From Cyanophora paradoxa CCMP329 (taxonomy: Eukaryota; Plantae; Glaucophyta): a stretch of DNA of 64,000 bases. Both the position numbers and the translations under genes were made by a program. The notes beneath the pieces are model-generated. The model saw nothing but the letters and a program-made list of their open reading frames with translations. It had not been told where the DNA came from and did no database searches. Of this stretch, positions 37,308 to 53,979 are shown piece by piece (position 1 is the stretch's first letter; each line of letters starts with the position of its first letter). The DNA is taken from the NCBI GenBank assembly GCA_004431415.1, contig QPMI01000612.1:62001-126000 (forward strand), read 5' to 3'.

Positions 37308-38191
37308 GCGGTGGTACTTCTCCCCAATGTCGCCGGTCACGTACCGCCCCACCACGTCGTCTGGTACGGTCGTAATATTGACGACAGGCTCCCCCCCGTG
37401 CTCCTGCGCCCGGGACGCTTTTATGTTCAACGGTTGGCAAAATTCGAAAGCGGCCAATGCGCCGACTAGATTGAGACCTATAGCTGGGGTAGTGCCAATT
37501 GAAATCATCTAATCGTAACGCACCTGGATAATGCAGTTTCTGATGTCAGCGGCGCTAAGCGGGCTTCCTGTACACAGAAAGCATTAATAAAGGATGCGGA
37601 ACGGCAGCTGCCACACGACTTCGGGGAACGCACGAGGAGGCGTGCTCGCAGCCTGAGTTGGCGGCGCCGGCAGGCTCGGAGGGAGAGCGATGGATATGTT
37701 CGGGACCAGCTGCGGCTTCGCATTTGACGGCTCCGGCTGCAGCTGCGCATAACACGCGCACGGAGGCGACCTCGGGACCTCGAGATCTTCGCCGGGCTCG
37801 CGCTTCACTGTATGCGCAGCTGAGCGTGCTCGAGCTCGAGCTCCCAGCTCGACTTCGTCGGGCTCGCGCTTTACGTTTACCGCAGCTGCAGCTGCAGCTG
37901 CGCGCGGCGCGTTCAAGGACCCGAGATTTAATATTCCGGCCGCTGGAGCACGCACGTGCAGGCGGCAGATGCAGGTCCGCGGTCGGTCGCGATGCATATG
38001 TAAACGTCGTCTCGAGCTCGAGCTCGACGACTGCTTCTGCAGCTGCAGCTGCAGGCGGCGCCGGCTGCAGAGGCGCTTCATCGACGACGCGCTCGAGTTT
38101 TACTACTGCTTCCAGGCGCGGGCCAAGGTTGCGGCAAACACGTCGCTGCACGCGGGTTAGGCGCGCGCCTTAAGCTTAAAGCTTTTTTAAG
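37308..38191. repeat. 884-bp direct repeat, copy B
   Basis: Identical by eye to 33667-34550. Confidence 0.95.
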
Positions 38192-38597
38192 CTTGCAATT
38201 AACGAGAGCGTCCGCGGCGGCGCACGCTTGAAGGTTGCTCAATCGGGCACTTTTCCTGTTCAAGGCCCCGCTTCTTCCTCGCCGCCGCGCGCGTGAGCGG
38301 AGGATCGACATTCTGAACCGCGGCCGGCGCCGATTTCTGCGCGAAACAGCGCTTGCGCGCGCCTCGAGCATCACGAGCGGGGCTTCGAGGCACTGACCGG
38401 AGATGCACTGCTCGACCCTCGTTCGTCGTTTTCCTGCTTCATGGTTCGCTGACTGTACGAGGGTCAGCTCGCACTTGAGCTTGGGGGAGGAGCGCCCCGG
38501 CGCCTCGCAATTTTTTTAATCTAAGATTTTTCTAAATAAAAATGCTAAAATACTTGTTAAGAAAATCATTACAAGTTGTGAAGGTAAAGGAATTAAC

Positions 38598-38669
38598 CCG
38601 ATACCGTGACTTGTATCCTCGTTGTGTACTACGAGTGGGCACGCCCACCGTAGATCTTTAAAAAAAAAA
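38598..38669 (+). mobile_element. About 70-nt poly(A)-tailed retro-insertion with 12-bp TSD
   Basis: AAAGGAATTAAC at 38586-38597 and 38670-38681. Stem-loop CTACG-A-GTGGGC-AC-GCCCAC-CGTAG directly before the A-tract. Confidence 0.75.
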
Positions 38670-39119
38670 AAAGGAATTAACGAATACATTATTAAATATG
38701 ATTTCCAATGCTCCCAAGATTTTGAACAAGATCCGTGCTCCTGCGGAGCACTAAGTACGGCGAAGCCTCGCGGACGCCCTCGCGGCTGTCACAGTAGGCC
38801 TATAGGGCACTGGCCAGCGGCCTGGCCGATCGCGAACAGCTTTCTGGTTGGAAGCTGGCCGGCTGACGGCCAGTCCAGCTACCGCTGGCCGGCTAGAGGA
38901 ATATAACTAGAGGAATATTAATGTACTGAGGAAATAAAGGGAGGCCGGAGCAGGTTGAGATTAGAGGAGATGAATTATATATAATATTGTTGAGAGGGAG
39001 GCCCGGGAGGGGCAAGGTTCTCGCGGCCAGGCGCATGCACAGAGCTTGCGAATCGCTTAAACAGAATCTTGAATGCATATAGCTATAGCATCGATGTGCG
39101 GGGCTGCGGAGCTCGAGGC

Positions 39120-41490
39120 GAGGGCGCGCGGAAAGATGTGCAGGTCCATGCAGGATCGAATTTTCGGGGTCGGCTGGGTCCTCGCGGCCCGTCGCATACG
39201 CAAAGCGTGCGGAAGACTTTGCCTACATCTTAAATGCTTATGCTATCGTTCCGCGCATGCGCCGCGGCGTGGGCGCGCGGAAAGATGTCAGGGCGCGTGC
39301 AGGATCGAATTTTGGCCGTCGGGTACCTTCCTGCGCTGTTCCGGCTCCGAAAAGCGGATTTCGGGGGTGCGCAGGCCCTGCTATGTCCATGCGCGCCAGT
39401 ACGCATCGATTGCGCGCGTCGCGGACCGGGCGGGACCGGCTAGCGCTGGATCAAATTTTCGGCCGACTCTTCGCACTGGAGCGTCGACGGCGCTTGAAAT
39501 CGAGCTTGCGGCGATGCGCTCGCCCTCGCGCGGCATTCTGTATCGTTCTGGGGCGTCCCTGGCGCGATTTCGTCGCGGGACCGGCGGGACCGGGTCCCAC
39601 CTTCTGACTCGGACTGCATTTGTCGGAGGTTAAGTACCGGAATTGATCCAGAGGGAAATTCGATTTTCGCGCGACGCCCACGGGCGAGCGGTCGTCTTAG
39701 GGGAGCCACGACGCTAAAAATGGATCTAGAGAGGTCTGTGGGGGTTAGGGTAGCTGAGTCATTAGCGGCAATCGCGTCCGTGTCGAGGCAGAATTAATAA
39801 TTCGTCCTCGAGGGAGTGCGACGCGGAAATTATTTAGCAGGGGGGATCTTGAGTGGAAAAAAAGGTTAAAAAAGGAATTTATCAGGTCCATGCAGGATCG
39901 AATTTTCGGGGTCGGCTGGGTCCTCGCGGCCCGTCGCATACGCAAAGCGTGCGGAAGACTTTGCCTACATCTTAAATGCTTATGCTATCGTTCCGCGCAT
40001 GCGCCGCGGCGTTCTGGGGCGAAGTTCTGGGGCGTCCCTGGCGCGATTTCGTCGCGGGACCGGGCGGGACCGGGTCCCACCTTCGGACTCGGACTGCATT
40101 TGTCGGAGGTTAAGTACCGGAATTGATCCAGAGGGAAATTCGATTTTCGCGGGATGCCTACGGGGGAGCGGTCGTCTTAGGGGAGCCAGGACGCTAAAAA
40201 TGGATCTAGAGGGGTCTGTGGGGGTTCGGGCAGCTGTGTAATGTCCATCAATCGCGTCCGTGTCGAGGCAGAATTAATAATTCTGCCTCGAGGGAGTGCG
40301 ATACGGAAATTATTTAGTAGGGGAGATCTCGAGTTGAAAAAAAGGTTAAAAAAGGAATTTCGCTCGGCGGTTTTTGGGTTGTGGGCGCGCGGAAAGATGT
40401 CAGGGCGCGTGCAGGATCGAATTTTGGCCGTCGGGTACCTTCCTGCGCTGTTCCGGCTCCGAAAAGCGGATTTCGGGGGTGCGCAGGCCCTGCTATGTCC
40501 ATGCGCGCCAGTACGCATCGATTGCGCGCGTCGCGGGACCGGGCGGGACCGGCTAGCGCTGGATCAAATTTTCGGCCGACTCTTCGCACTGGAGCGTCGA
40601 CGGCGCTTGAAATCGAGCTTGCGGCGATGCGCTCGCCCTCGCGCGGCATTCTGTATCGTTCTGGGGCGTCCCTGGCGCGATTTCGTCGCGGGACCGGGCG
40701 GGACCGGGTCCCACCTTCTGACTCGGACTGCATTTGTCGGAGGTTAAGTACCGGAATTGATCCAGAGGGAAATTCGATTTTCGCGCGACGCCCACGGGCG
40801 AGCGGTCGTCTTAGGGGAGCCACGACGCTAAAAATGGATCTAGAGAGGTCTGTGGGGGTTAGGGTAGCTGAGTCATTAGCGGCAATCGCGTCCGTGTCGA
40901 GGCAGAATTAATAATTCGTCCTCGAGGGAGTGCGACGCGGAAATTATTTAGCAGGGGGGATCTTGAGTGGAAAAAAAGGTTAAAAAAGGAATTTATCAGG
41001 TCCATGCAGGATCGAATTTTCGGGGTCGGCTGGGTCCTCGCGGCCCGTCGCATACGCAAAGCGTGCGGAAGACTTTGCCTACATCTTAAATGCTTATGCT
41101 ATCGTTCCGCGCATGCGCCGCGGCGTTCTGGGGCGAAGTTCTGGGGCGTCCCTGGCGCGATTTCGTCGCGGGACCGGGCGGGACCGGGTCCCACCTTCGG
41201 ACTCGGACTGCATTTGTCGGAGGTTAAGTACCGGAATTGATCCAGAGGGAAATTCGATTTTCGCGGGATGCCTACGGGGGAGCGGTCGTCTTAGGGGAGC
41301 CAGGACGCTAAAAATGGATCTAGAGGGGTCTGTGGGGGTTCGGGCAGCTGTGTAATGTCCATCAATCGCGTCCGTGTCGAGGCAGAATTAATAATTCTGC
41401 CTCGAGGGAGTGCGATACGGAAATTATTTAGTAGGGGAGATCTCGAGTTGAAAAAAAGGTTAAAAAAGGAATTTCGCTCGGCGGTTTTTG
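39120..41490. repeat. Higher-order tandem repeat (about 1.11-kb period; sub-blocks P-Q-R1-P-R2-Q-R1-P-R2)
   Basis: A ~335-bp block ending AAAAAAAGGTTAAAAAAGGAATTT occurs 4 times in alternating variants. The CAGGTCCATGCAGGATCG block occurs 3 times. Confidence 0.92.
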
Positions 41491-42712
41491 GGTTTGAGAA
41501 AGAGGCTTCGCCTGATGTAATAATAAACCAATTATTCACGATTGTTCTAGATCTTGCACATCGATAACACTGGCATACTAGCCGCGGACTACGCAGGCTA
41601 GAAGCGGCGGTGCTACCTACGGGGGCGAGAAGCCGCGGACGACGCAGGCAGGGCCCTCTGAAGGGGGGCGCGCAACTTCCCCCTGGGGTTCCTACAAACT
41701 ACGACGGGGACGAGGGGGGGCTAGAGGGGCCTGCGGGCAACGAGCCCGAAGGGCCTGCAGCCGGGGCAGCGGGTGCCGCCGGGGCAGCCGGTGCAGGAGA
41801 GGGGGGCGGCCCCAGCGGGGCGAGCCGCACGGGCTTCATCCTCCGCCCCGCGTCCACGCCGGAGAAGAAGCGCAGCGCGATGTTCCTGCGGAAAGAAGCA
41901 CATTAGAGGGGCCGCCGGGCCAAGTATCGTGGGAATTGCTATCAGAATTACGATCGGACTCTTAGGGGGCTACTAAGTACCGTGGGGCCAGGTGAGCGGT
42001 GAGCTGAACGCACACGTGGCGGGCTCTCCACCCGTGCGCACGTGCACATCGGCCAAACGGCGGCTGCATGCGATCCGCGCCCGAAACGCCGGACCGGGAA
42101 CCAGTTCTCCAGGCACGTGCCGGCCCGCTGAATGCCACCACGACATATGCAATCGCCCCCGCGCGGCCGAAACGCCACAGGAATCATTCGCGGGGCACAG
42201 CCGAAACCAGCCCCCGGCGGCGGTGGCGACGGTGACGTCACCGCTGTCAGAAAAGGCCCCGCGCGCACGCGGAACGGCGGCTCGGAACCGACGGCGACGC
42301 CTGACCGCGGTCGCTATGGAGCGGGACGGCGCTTCCAACTGGATTGCCCACAAGGGGGGTACACACACGTCCCGTGTGATCGGCGAACGAAGAATGAACA
42401 TTAATTAATAACGTACGTTCGAATTAACTTTAATTATAATTAAACCGGTGGCCGCAGTGATGTCATCATAATAGCCGGCGGCCGCAGTGATGGCATCATA
42501 ATAGGTCTCCTGGAAGGAGGACAGCAATTAATTATACTGCAAGGCGGAGGAGCATGCACGCAAGCGGCGCAACAGATCTGGGGCAGATCTAGCTATAGAT
42601 ATAGATCTAGATATAGATCGAAAAGCCGAACAATATGCACGTTCACTTGCCAGCTGAGTCGACCGTCGGACTATATACAATGCATATGGGTAGCAGCGGC
42701 CCGCCCCCGACT

Positions 42713-42844
42713 CGGGGAGGCTCACACGTACAAAGAGAGCGCGTAGCGGGGGGGCCCAAAGCCCTGGAGGCCCCACAAGCCCTGGAAGCCCAATCCAGAG
42801 GGGTACCACTCGCAAACCTCGCGCTGTACATGTGAGCCTCGCCG
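42713..42844. mobile_element. Small MITE-like element with ~20-bp imperfect terminal inverted repeats
   Basis: CGGGGAGGCTCACACGTACA ... TGTACATGTGAGCCTCGCCG (18/20 match). Confidence 0.45.
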
Positions 42845-43031
42845 CATATGGCATGGCGTGTTTCCAGGAATGAACACGGTGCGACCAGGAATGAACACGG
42901 TGCGCTGCACGAAATCGCGCGTGCTGCGATACACTGTGACAAACGAGCACGACCGTCGGACCCCCGCTAGCGCACGTACTACGGTATGCGCATGCTAGCG
43001 CTCGCCTCGCCCCGCTCTCGCGCGATCTGGA

Positions 43032-43343
43032 CGTTGGGGTTCCGGCCCCCTCGGGCAGCATTCCTCTCCCTCAGCGCTAGCGGCCAGTCCGTGGCGGGAA
43101 CGGGCGAGCCTCCGGATCCGGGCACGGCCCGCACCTTTGATCCTATGATCTTAATCGATTGTGTGGTCATTAAGCCCGGTAGAGCAAGTAGACCTAGGTT
43201 TCGATCTCGAGCTTCGGTATTCGATTTCGATTTCGACGTCGATTTGCCTATCCGACTTGAGCCCTTACGATTTCGATCGGCGGCCCACTGCTAGCCAAAC
43301 AGCTACTAGGGCTAGTCCAGATGTCGTTGGTCGTGTCTGAAAT
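43032..43343 (+). mobile_element. Family A element, second copy (inverted relative to 2253-2548)
   Basis: The reverse complement aligns to 2250-2548 with a few indels. Ends ...GTCGTGTCTGAAA followed by TGCA. Confidence 0.85.
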
Positions 43344-43567
43344 GCAGCGCTCTCTCAGAATTTACACGTCGCCGGCGCCGCATGTGCAGGGCGCGACGGG
43401 CGGCGATGGGGGCAGAAAGACAGAAAGAGAGCGAACGTCGATGGAGACGGGAGGCCCTGAGGGCTGGCGGGCGAGGCGTTGAAAGCGGGTGGAAGCGAAG
43501 AGGAGGAGGGAGGGCAGGCGCAGAGGGGGCTCGGCGGGAGGGGGCGGCAGGGGGGTACGGGGTGCGG

Positions 43568-48449
<4,882 letters not shown>

Positions 48450-48590
48450 TGCTGGATTTACAGTAGATGCCGGAGGAGAAAGCCGGCGCCGCCGGTCTTC
48501 GAAGCGCGGGCCACGCCGCGAGTCGCCAGGTCGACGGGTTCGGGAGGGGTACGGCGTAAACGCACACTCGCCGCGCTCGCAGCCAGCACA

Positions 48591-50960
48591 ATGCTGGTAC
48601 TCTTCGAGAGCCCCGCGGGTGAGTTATATCGCTATCTGGACCCTATTGCGCCCCCAAGTTGCCCCCGGCCGTCGCGCGAGTCGAGCGTCCGATCGCAGGC
48701 TACGCGCTCTTCAAGGTCACGGATGAGGGGAAGCTAGAGAACCCAGACGACATCTGGAAGGCGTTCTCGGACGCCGACTCCGCCCGCAAGCTGTGCGCGA
48801 TCGCGTCGCCCCCCGCCGATCGCAAAAGCGCCGCTGCACCGGCGGCTTCGATCATGGCTCACGCACGCTCGCGCTCGGAATCGTAGTGTAAAGCTAAAGG
48901 CGTTCACGAAGTTCGAGAACACGACAGAGGCCTTGGAGGCCGCGACCGCGCTGGTGGAGAGCAAGCTTAGCAAGGGCCTCAAGAAGTTCCTCAAGAACGC
49001 GAAGATTAAGGAGGAGCTTGCGGTTGCAGACGCCAAGCTCGGCGGTGTGATCAAGGAGAAGCTGGAGATCCCATGCATTGCCAACGCAGCTTCGGCGGTC
49101 CGTTCCTCCCTGCTCTCCCGCGCGCGCCGGCGAGCGGCCATAACATTCTCATCCGACTGCGCGCATTACGGCCTCCATCCCCCCCGTCGCTTACGCCCGT
49201 GGCCCGTGCAGGAGCTCATGCGTGGCATCCGTGCCCAAATAACCGAGCTGGTCTCCGGCCTTACGGAGCAGGATATGAAGAATATGGCCTTGGGTCTCTC
49301 CCACAGCCTTTCTCGCTACAAGCTCAAGTTCTCTCCGGACAAGATCGACACCATGATCGTCCAGGCCATTGGTGCGGCCCCACCGAGTCTCCCTTGCGCC
49401 TGCACCCCGCTCACGCCGTTCGGCAGGCCTCCTCGATGAGCTCGACAAGGAGCTGAACACGTACGCGATGCGCGTGCGGGAGTGGTATGGCTGGTGCGCG
49501 GAATCGCCCCACGCCGCCACTGCGTTGGCCCCCGGGAGCGCGCGTCCCCTGACGCGGGGAGCAGGCACTTCCCCGAGCTCACTAAGATCATCTCGGACAA
49601 CATCGTGTACGCGAAGGTTGTCAAGGCGATGGGTGCGCCCCCGCTGCGTCTGGCGCCACTCTGCGCCACCGCCGCCGCCGACGCCGAATCGGGTGCTTCC
49701 GCAGGCATTCGGCAGAAGGCGAAGGAGACCGATCTGTCCGATGTGCTGGCGGAGGAGCTGGAGCAGGAAGTCCGCGACATGGCCGAGATCTCCATGGGCA
49801 CGGACGTGCGCCGTCCCTCCCGCCCGCCCGCCCGCCGGCCCTGCTGACGTCCGCGGCAGATCAGCGATGAGGACAAGGAGAACATCGTGTTCCTGTGCGA
49901 GCAGGTGATCGCCATCGCCGAGTACCGCACACAGCTCTTCGAGTACCTTAAGGTGCGGGATGGCGTCCCCTCGCTCGCCGGACCCGGAGGACCTCAGTCT
50001 CTGACTCTGCCCCGCAGAACCGCATGCTCGCCATCGCGCCCAACCTCACCGTCCTCGTCGGCGAGCTCGTCGGCGCCCGCCTCATTGCGCACGCCGGTGC
50101 GCCCCCGCCCCCTCCCGCCCGCCGCCCCCTCCCGCTCGGCCGGCCCTGACCGCGGCGCGGCGCGCGCGACGGCAGGCTCGCTGCTGAACCTGGCGAAGCA
50201 CCCGGCGTCGACGGTGCAGATTCTGGGGGCGGAGAAGGCGCTCTTCCGGGCGCTCAAGACGAAGCACGACACGCCCAAGTACGGCCTCATCTACCACGCC
50301 TCGCTCATCGGGCAGACGGCGCCCAAGTTCAAGGGCAAGATCTCCCGCGTCCTCGCCGCCAAGTGCGCGCTGGCCATCCGCGTCGACGCCCTCGGCGACA
50401 AGGTGCCCTGCACGCCTCGCCTCGTTCCGGGTGTTCTTTCTCTTTTGCCTGGCTGACGCGGGGGCGGGCGCAGGACACGCCGATGATTGGAGTGGAGCAG
50501 CGGGCGAAGGTGGAGGCGCGCCTGAAGCAGCTGGAGGGCAAGCCCTTCAGCCGGGTCTCGGGGACGGGCAAGGGCAAGGCCAAGCTCGACAAGTACGACG
50601 CCGTGAAGCCCCAGGGCGTCTACAACACCGGCGCCGACTCCACGCTTCCCAAGTCTGACAAGAAGAAGAAGCGCGCGGCGGAGGAGGAGCCGGCGGAGGA
50701 GCCGGCGGCGGCCGAGGAGCCGCCCAAGAAGAAGAAGAAGTCGGAAGCGGCGGAGGCGCCGGCGGAGGACTCGGGCGCGGAGGGCAAGAAGAAGAAGAAG
50801 AAGCAGAAGGAGGCGGCCGCTGAGGAGGAGGCCCCGCCCGTAGACGATGGCGAGAAGAAGAAGAAGAAGAAGGTCCGCTGCGCTGCACCCGCCCCCCGCC
50901 CGCCAGAGGCGTCCTGTTGACGCCCCCGCGCAGAAGAAGGCAGCGTCGGACGACGAATAG
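48591..50960 (+). CDS. NOP58: Nucleolar protein 58 (box C/D snoRNP)
   Basis: [76 protein letters not shown], and a Lys/Glu-rich tail. Confidence 0.95.
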
Positions 50961-51293
50961 GGAGGGGGCCACGTGGCCCTCCGGGCCGCCCCTCGGTAGA
51001 CAGCTTGCGTTGTTTAGGCAGGACCGTAGGCAGGACCCCTGTTTTTTCCCGAGCCTCCCCCCGCCTTCATTCACTCGGCGCCCTTTATCCCCGCGAGGGC
51101 GTGGCGATGCAGTCCCTAGCCCCCCTCTCTCTGATTGTCTGCCCCTCCGGAGTTCCTGTACCTCTTTCCCTCCCCGTTCCGACGGCAACCGCTCGTGTCG
51201 CGCACACGCGCGGCGCCTGTGTAAAGGTGAAGCGATTTGATTCGAATCGCACTACATATGCACTTTCGCAGCTGGGGCCCGGCGCGGGGCTAG

Positions 51294-53478
51294 CTACGGG
51301 GCGCGGCAGCGGCGGACTGCGGCAGCAAGGCGGCGGAGGCCCTCCTCCAACACGCCCTCTTCCTGGGCGAAAACGATGCGGAACCAACCGGGCTCGGGGC
51401 AGTGAAACTGGGCGCCGGGCATCACGTAGACGCCCTCGCTCCCCAGCGCCTCGAAAACCCGCGCCTCGTCCTCCTCGCTCTGGCAAGGGCTGAGAGGGTC
51501 CGAGGCGGCCGGGGCGCCACGGTTAGCCGCACCTCGGCCTCGGGGGCGAGCTTGGCCCAGACGAAGAGTCCGGCACTCGCCGGCACCCGCGGGACCTTGC
51601 GATTCGATCGGGTCGGTGGGCGGGGCGGGCGGGGCGGGGGCGTGACGGGGCGGGGCGCACGTCGAGGTCGGCGAGGACGGCCACCGTGCGGTCGTGGGCG
51701 GCGAGCAGCCGAGCCTTCGCGCGCAGTTGGCGCGCCTGTGCGGGGCGGGCGGGCGGCCGGAGAGGTCGCTCAAGGCTGGCGGACCTGGTGGGAGGCAAGG
51801 AAGCGGAGGGCCCCGTCCAGGTCCCCCACGATGGGCTCCAGCGCCGCCTGCGGGAACCCGACCATGGCCATGAGGAAGGCGGCGCGCGGGGCGGAAGGAA
51901 GATGGGAGGGGAGCAAGCGGGGGTGCTTGCCTGGGTGTCTGAGGAGACGCAGGAGAAGCGGGCGAGGGCGGCCATGGCGTCCAGCGCCGCCGCGTTGCGG
52001 GAGGCGGCCAGCCCGACGCGGTAGCCCGAGAGCCCGAAGTCCTTCGAGAAGGCCCACACGACGTGCACGAGCGCCAGGAGCGCCCCCGGCTCCTCCTCCG
52101 CCGCCGCCGCGTCCGCTGCGCACTCCCACGCCGACACGAACGTACCCCCGCCCGCCCCGTGCACGCTGTTCGCGTACACCTCGTCGCTGATGAGGTGCAG
52201 CCCCTTCCGCCCGCTGCCGTGCCTTTCAGGCGGGGGAGGGGACGGGGGACGGGGAGGGGGAGCGGGGCACCAGAGGTCGATCAGGCCCATGAGCTGGCGG
52301 CGGGTGAGGGGCCGCCCCAGCGGGTTGTCGGGGTTGGAGACGAGGACGCCCCGCACACGCAGCCCCGCCCTGCCGCAGCGCCGCCCCGTCATCCCGAGGG
52401 CGGCCACCAGCGCGGCCGGCGCGCACGCTTCGGCATCGGCGAGGGCGCTCTCGAAGTCGGCGGCCTCCCACGCGAACCCGTCCTCCGCCTCCGTCTCCAC
52501 CGGCACCAGCGAGACCTGGCTGGCATTCTCAGAAATCCGAAGAGCTCGATCGCGGGGCTGACGTCGACGGTGCTGGCGCGCCTGCCCTCGGTACGCGAAA
52601 TCGACGTCGAAGCTGTAGTAGTAGGGAGCAGGGACGAGGACGGCGTCGCCAGCGTCGAAGAGGACCGCCGCGAGGGCGTCAAGCGCGCCCGTCGCGCCGG
52701 GGGCCAGCACCAGCTCGCCGGGGTCCACGGGCGCCCCCAGGAAGGTCTCCAGGAAGGGACACAGCGCCTCACGGAAGGATGGGAGACCGCGGTAGGCGCT
52801 GTAGTGCGCGTGCCGCTCTGTAACGTCCCGCGGCGCGCGGAGCCGATCCCGGAGCAGGTCCCACGCGATGCGGCTCTGCGCCACGCCCAGGTCGATCACG
52901 CCGCCGGGGTTGCGCTCCGCGTTGTACGGGTCCCGGTACACCCGCGCCATGACTGGCAGCACGCGCTCCATCACTTTGGCGGGCGGGGTGATGCAGCGCG
53001 CGCGCGCCGCGAGCCGCGGGCCCTTGCCCTCGCCCTTGGCCCGCTCCTGCGCAGACGCGCCATGGACGCGTTATGCGCGCCCTTCTGCAGCGGAGCGAGC
53101 GGGTCGCACCTGCGCCTGGGCGACGAGGTCCTTGAAGGTAACCGTGTCGCGGTCATCGGCCGAAGTTAGGAATGGAAGGTTGGCGATCCGCGCATCCCGA
53201 CCCTTACGTTTGGGAGCCCTGCACTCGATCCGCAGGGGCCTTGGGCTCGCGGCGGCGGGTGTGCTAAACCGGCTTGCGGCGACTGCACGCCGGGCGAACG
53301 CCGACGCGCGCCAGAGCGCGGCCTGCTCGGACGGCCGAGGATGCTCCCTCTTCGCTCGCTGAACTGCTTCCGAGCACACGTACGCAGGGTTGAGGCGCGC
53401 CGCCGACAGAGAGCAGCCGAGCCCGCCGGCGGCGCTCCAGCTAGATGCGGCTGCCGAGCACGTGTACGCCGACGCCAT
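51294..53478 (-). CDS. Class I/II PLP aminotransferase, ACC-synthase-like, with putative plastid presequence
   Basis: NPGGVIDLGVAQ, VSNPDNPLG, HLISDEVYA, WAFSKDFGLSGYRVG, EPGWFRIVFA. Ser/Ala/Arg-rich N-terminus MASAYTCSAAAS...LRIECRA. Confidence 0.82.
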
Positions 53479-53979
53479 GCGGCAAGCGATCCGCCCACAG
53501 GCGCGCGAGTGCTTGCGAGCGGTACCCGTTCGAATTGGATTGATAGCGTTTGCACATGTACAGGGCTGCAGACAGAACGCCTACAACTCGACGGATTAAC
53601 GATTGGACCACGAGGCCTAGGGGTACCCAGCCCCGCGCCATCCACCGCCGGAGCGGCTTCGGTCGGCCGAGCACGGAATTCGAAAGGCCCCCTTGAGGGA
53701 GGACAGACAAGAGATGCTGGACGACTAAACGACCTGCGGCTGTAGCTATGCCTCGGCCTCGGGAAGGCGCTCTAGATAGCTACAAGCTAAGTATGGCCCG
53801 CCGTGTCGCCGGCGCGGCAGGCACTGTGCTGGGGGCGCGCTCGACGGGAGCGTGCCTGGAAGGGCCGCCGGGCTCAGTGGGTCGGTGAGAAAGTGGTCGG
53901 GGAGGAAAGAGAGGACGGGGGGGTCTGGGGGACATGGGGGCGAGGGGGTGGGACCAGGCCGGATGGGACCAGGGGGCGG

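Noticed and set aside
39073-41567. Short ORFs within the tandem array
   Set aside because: They are broken differently in each sub-repeat and show no recognisable domain.
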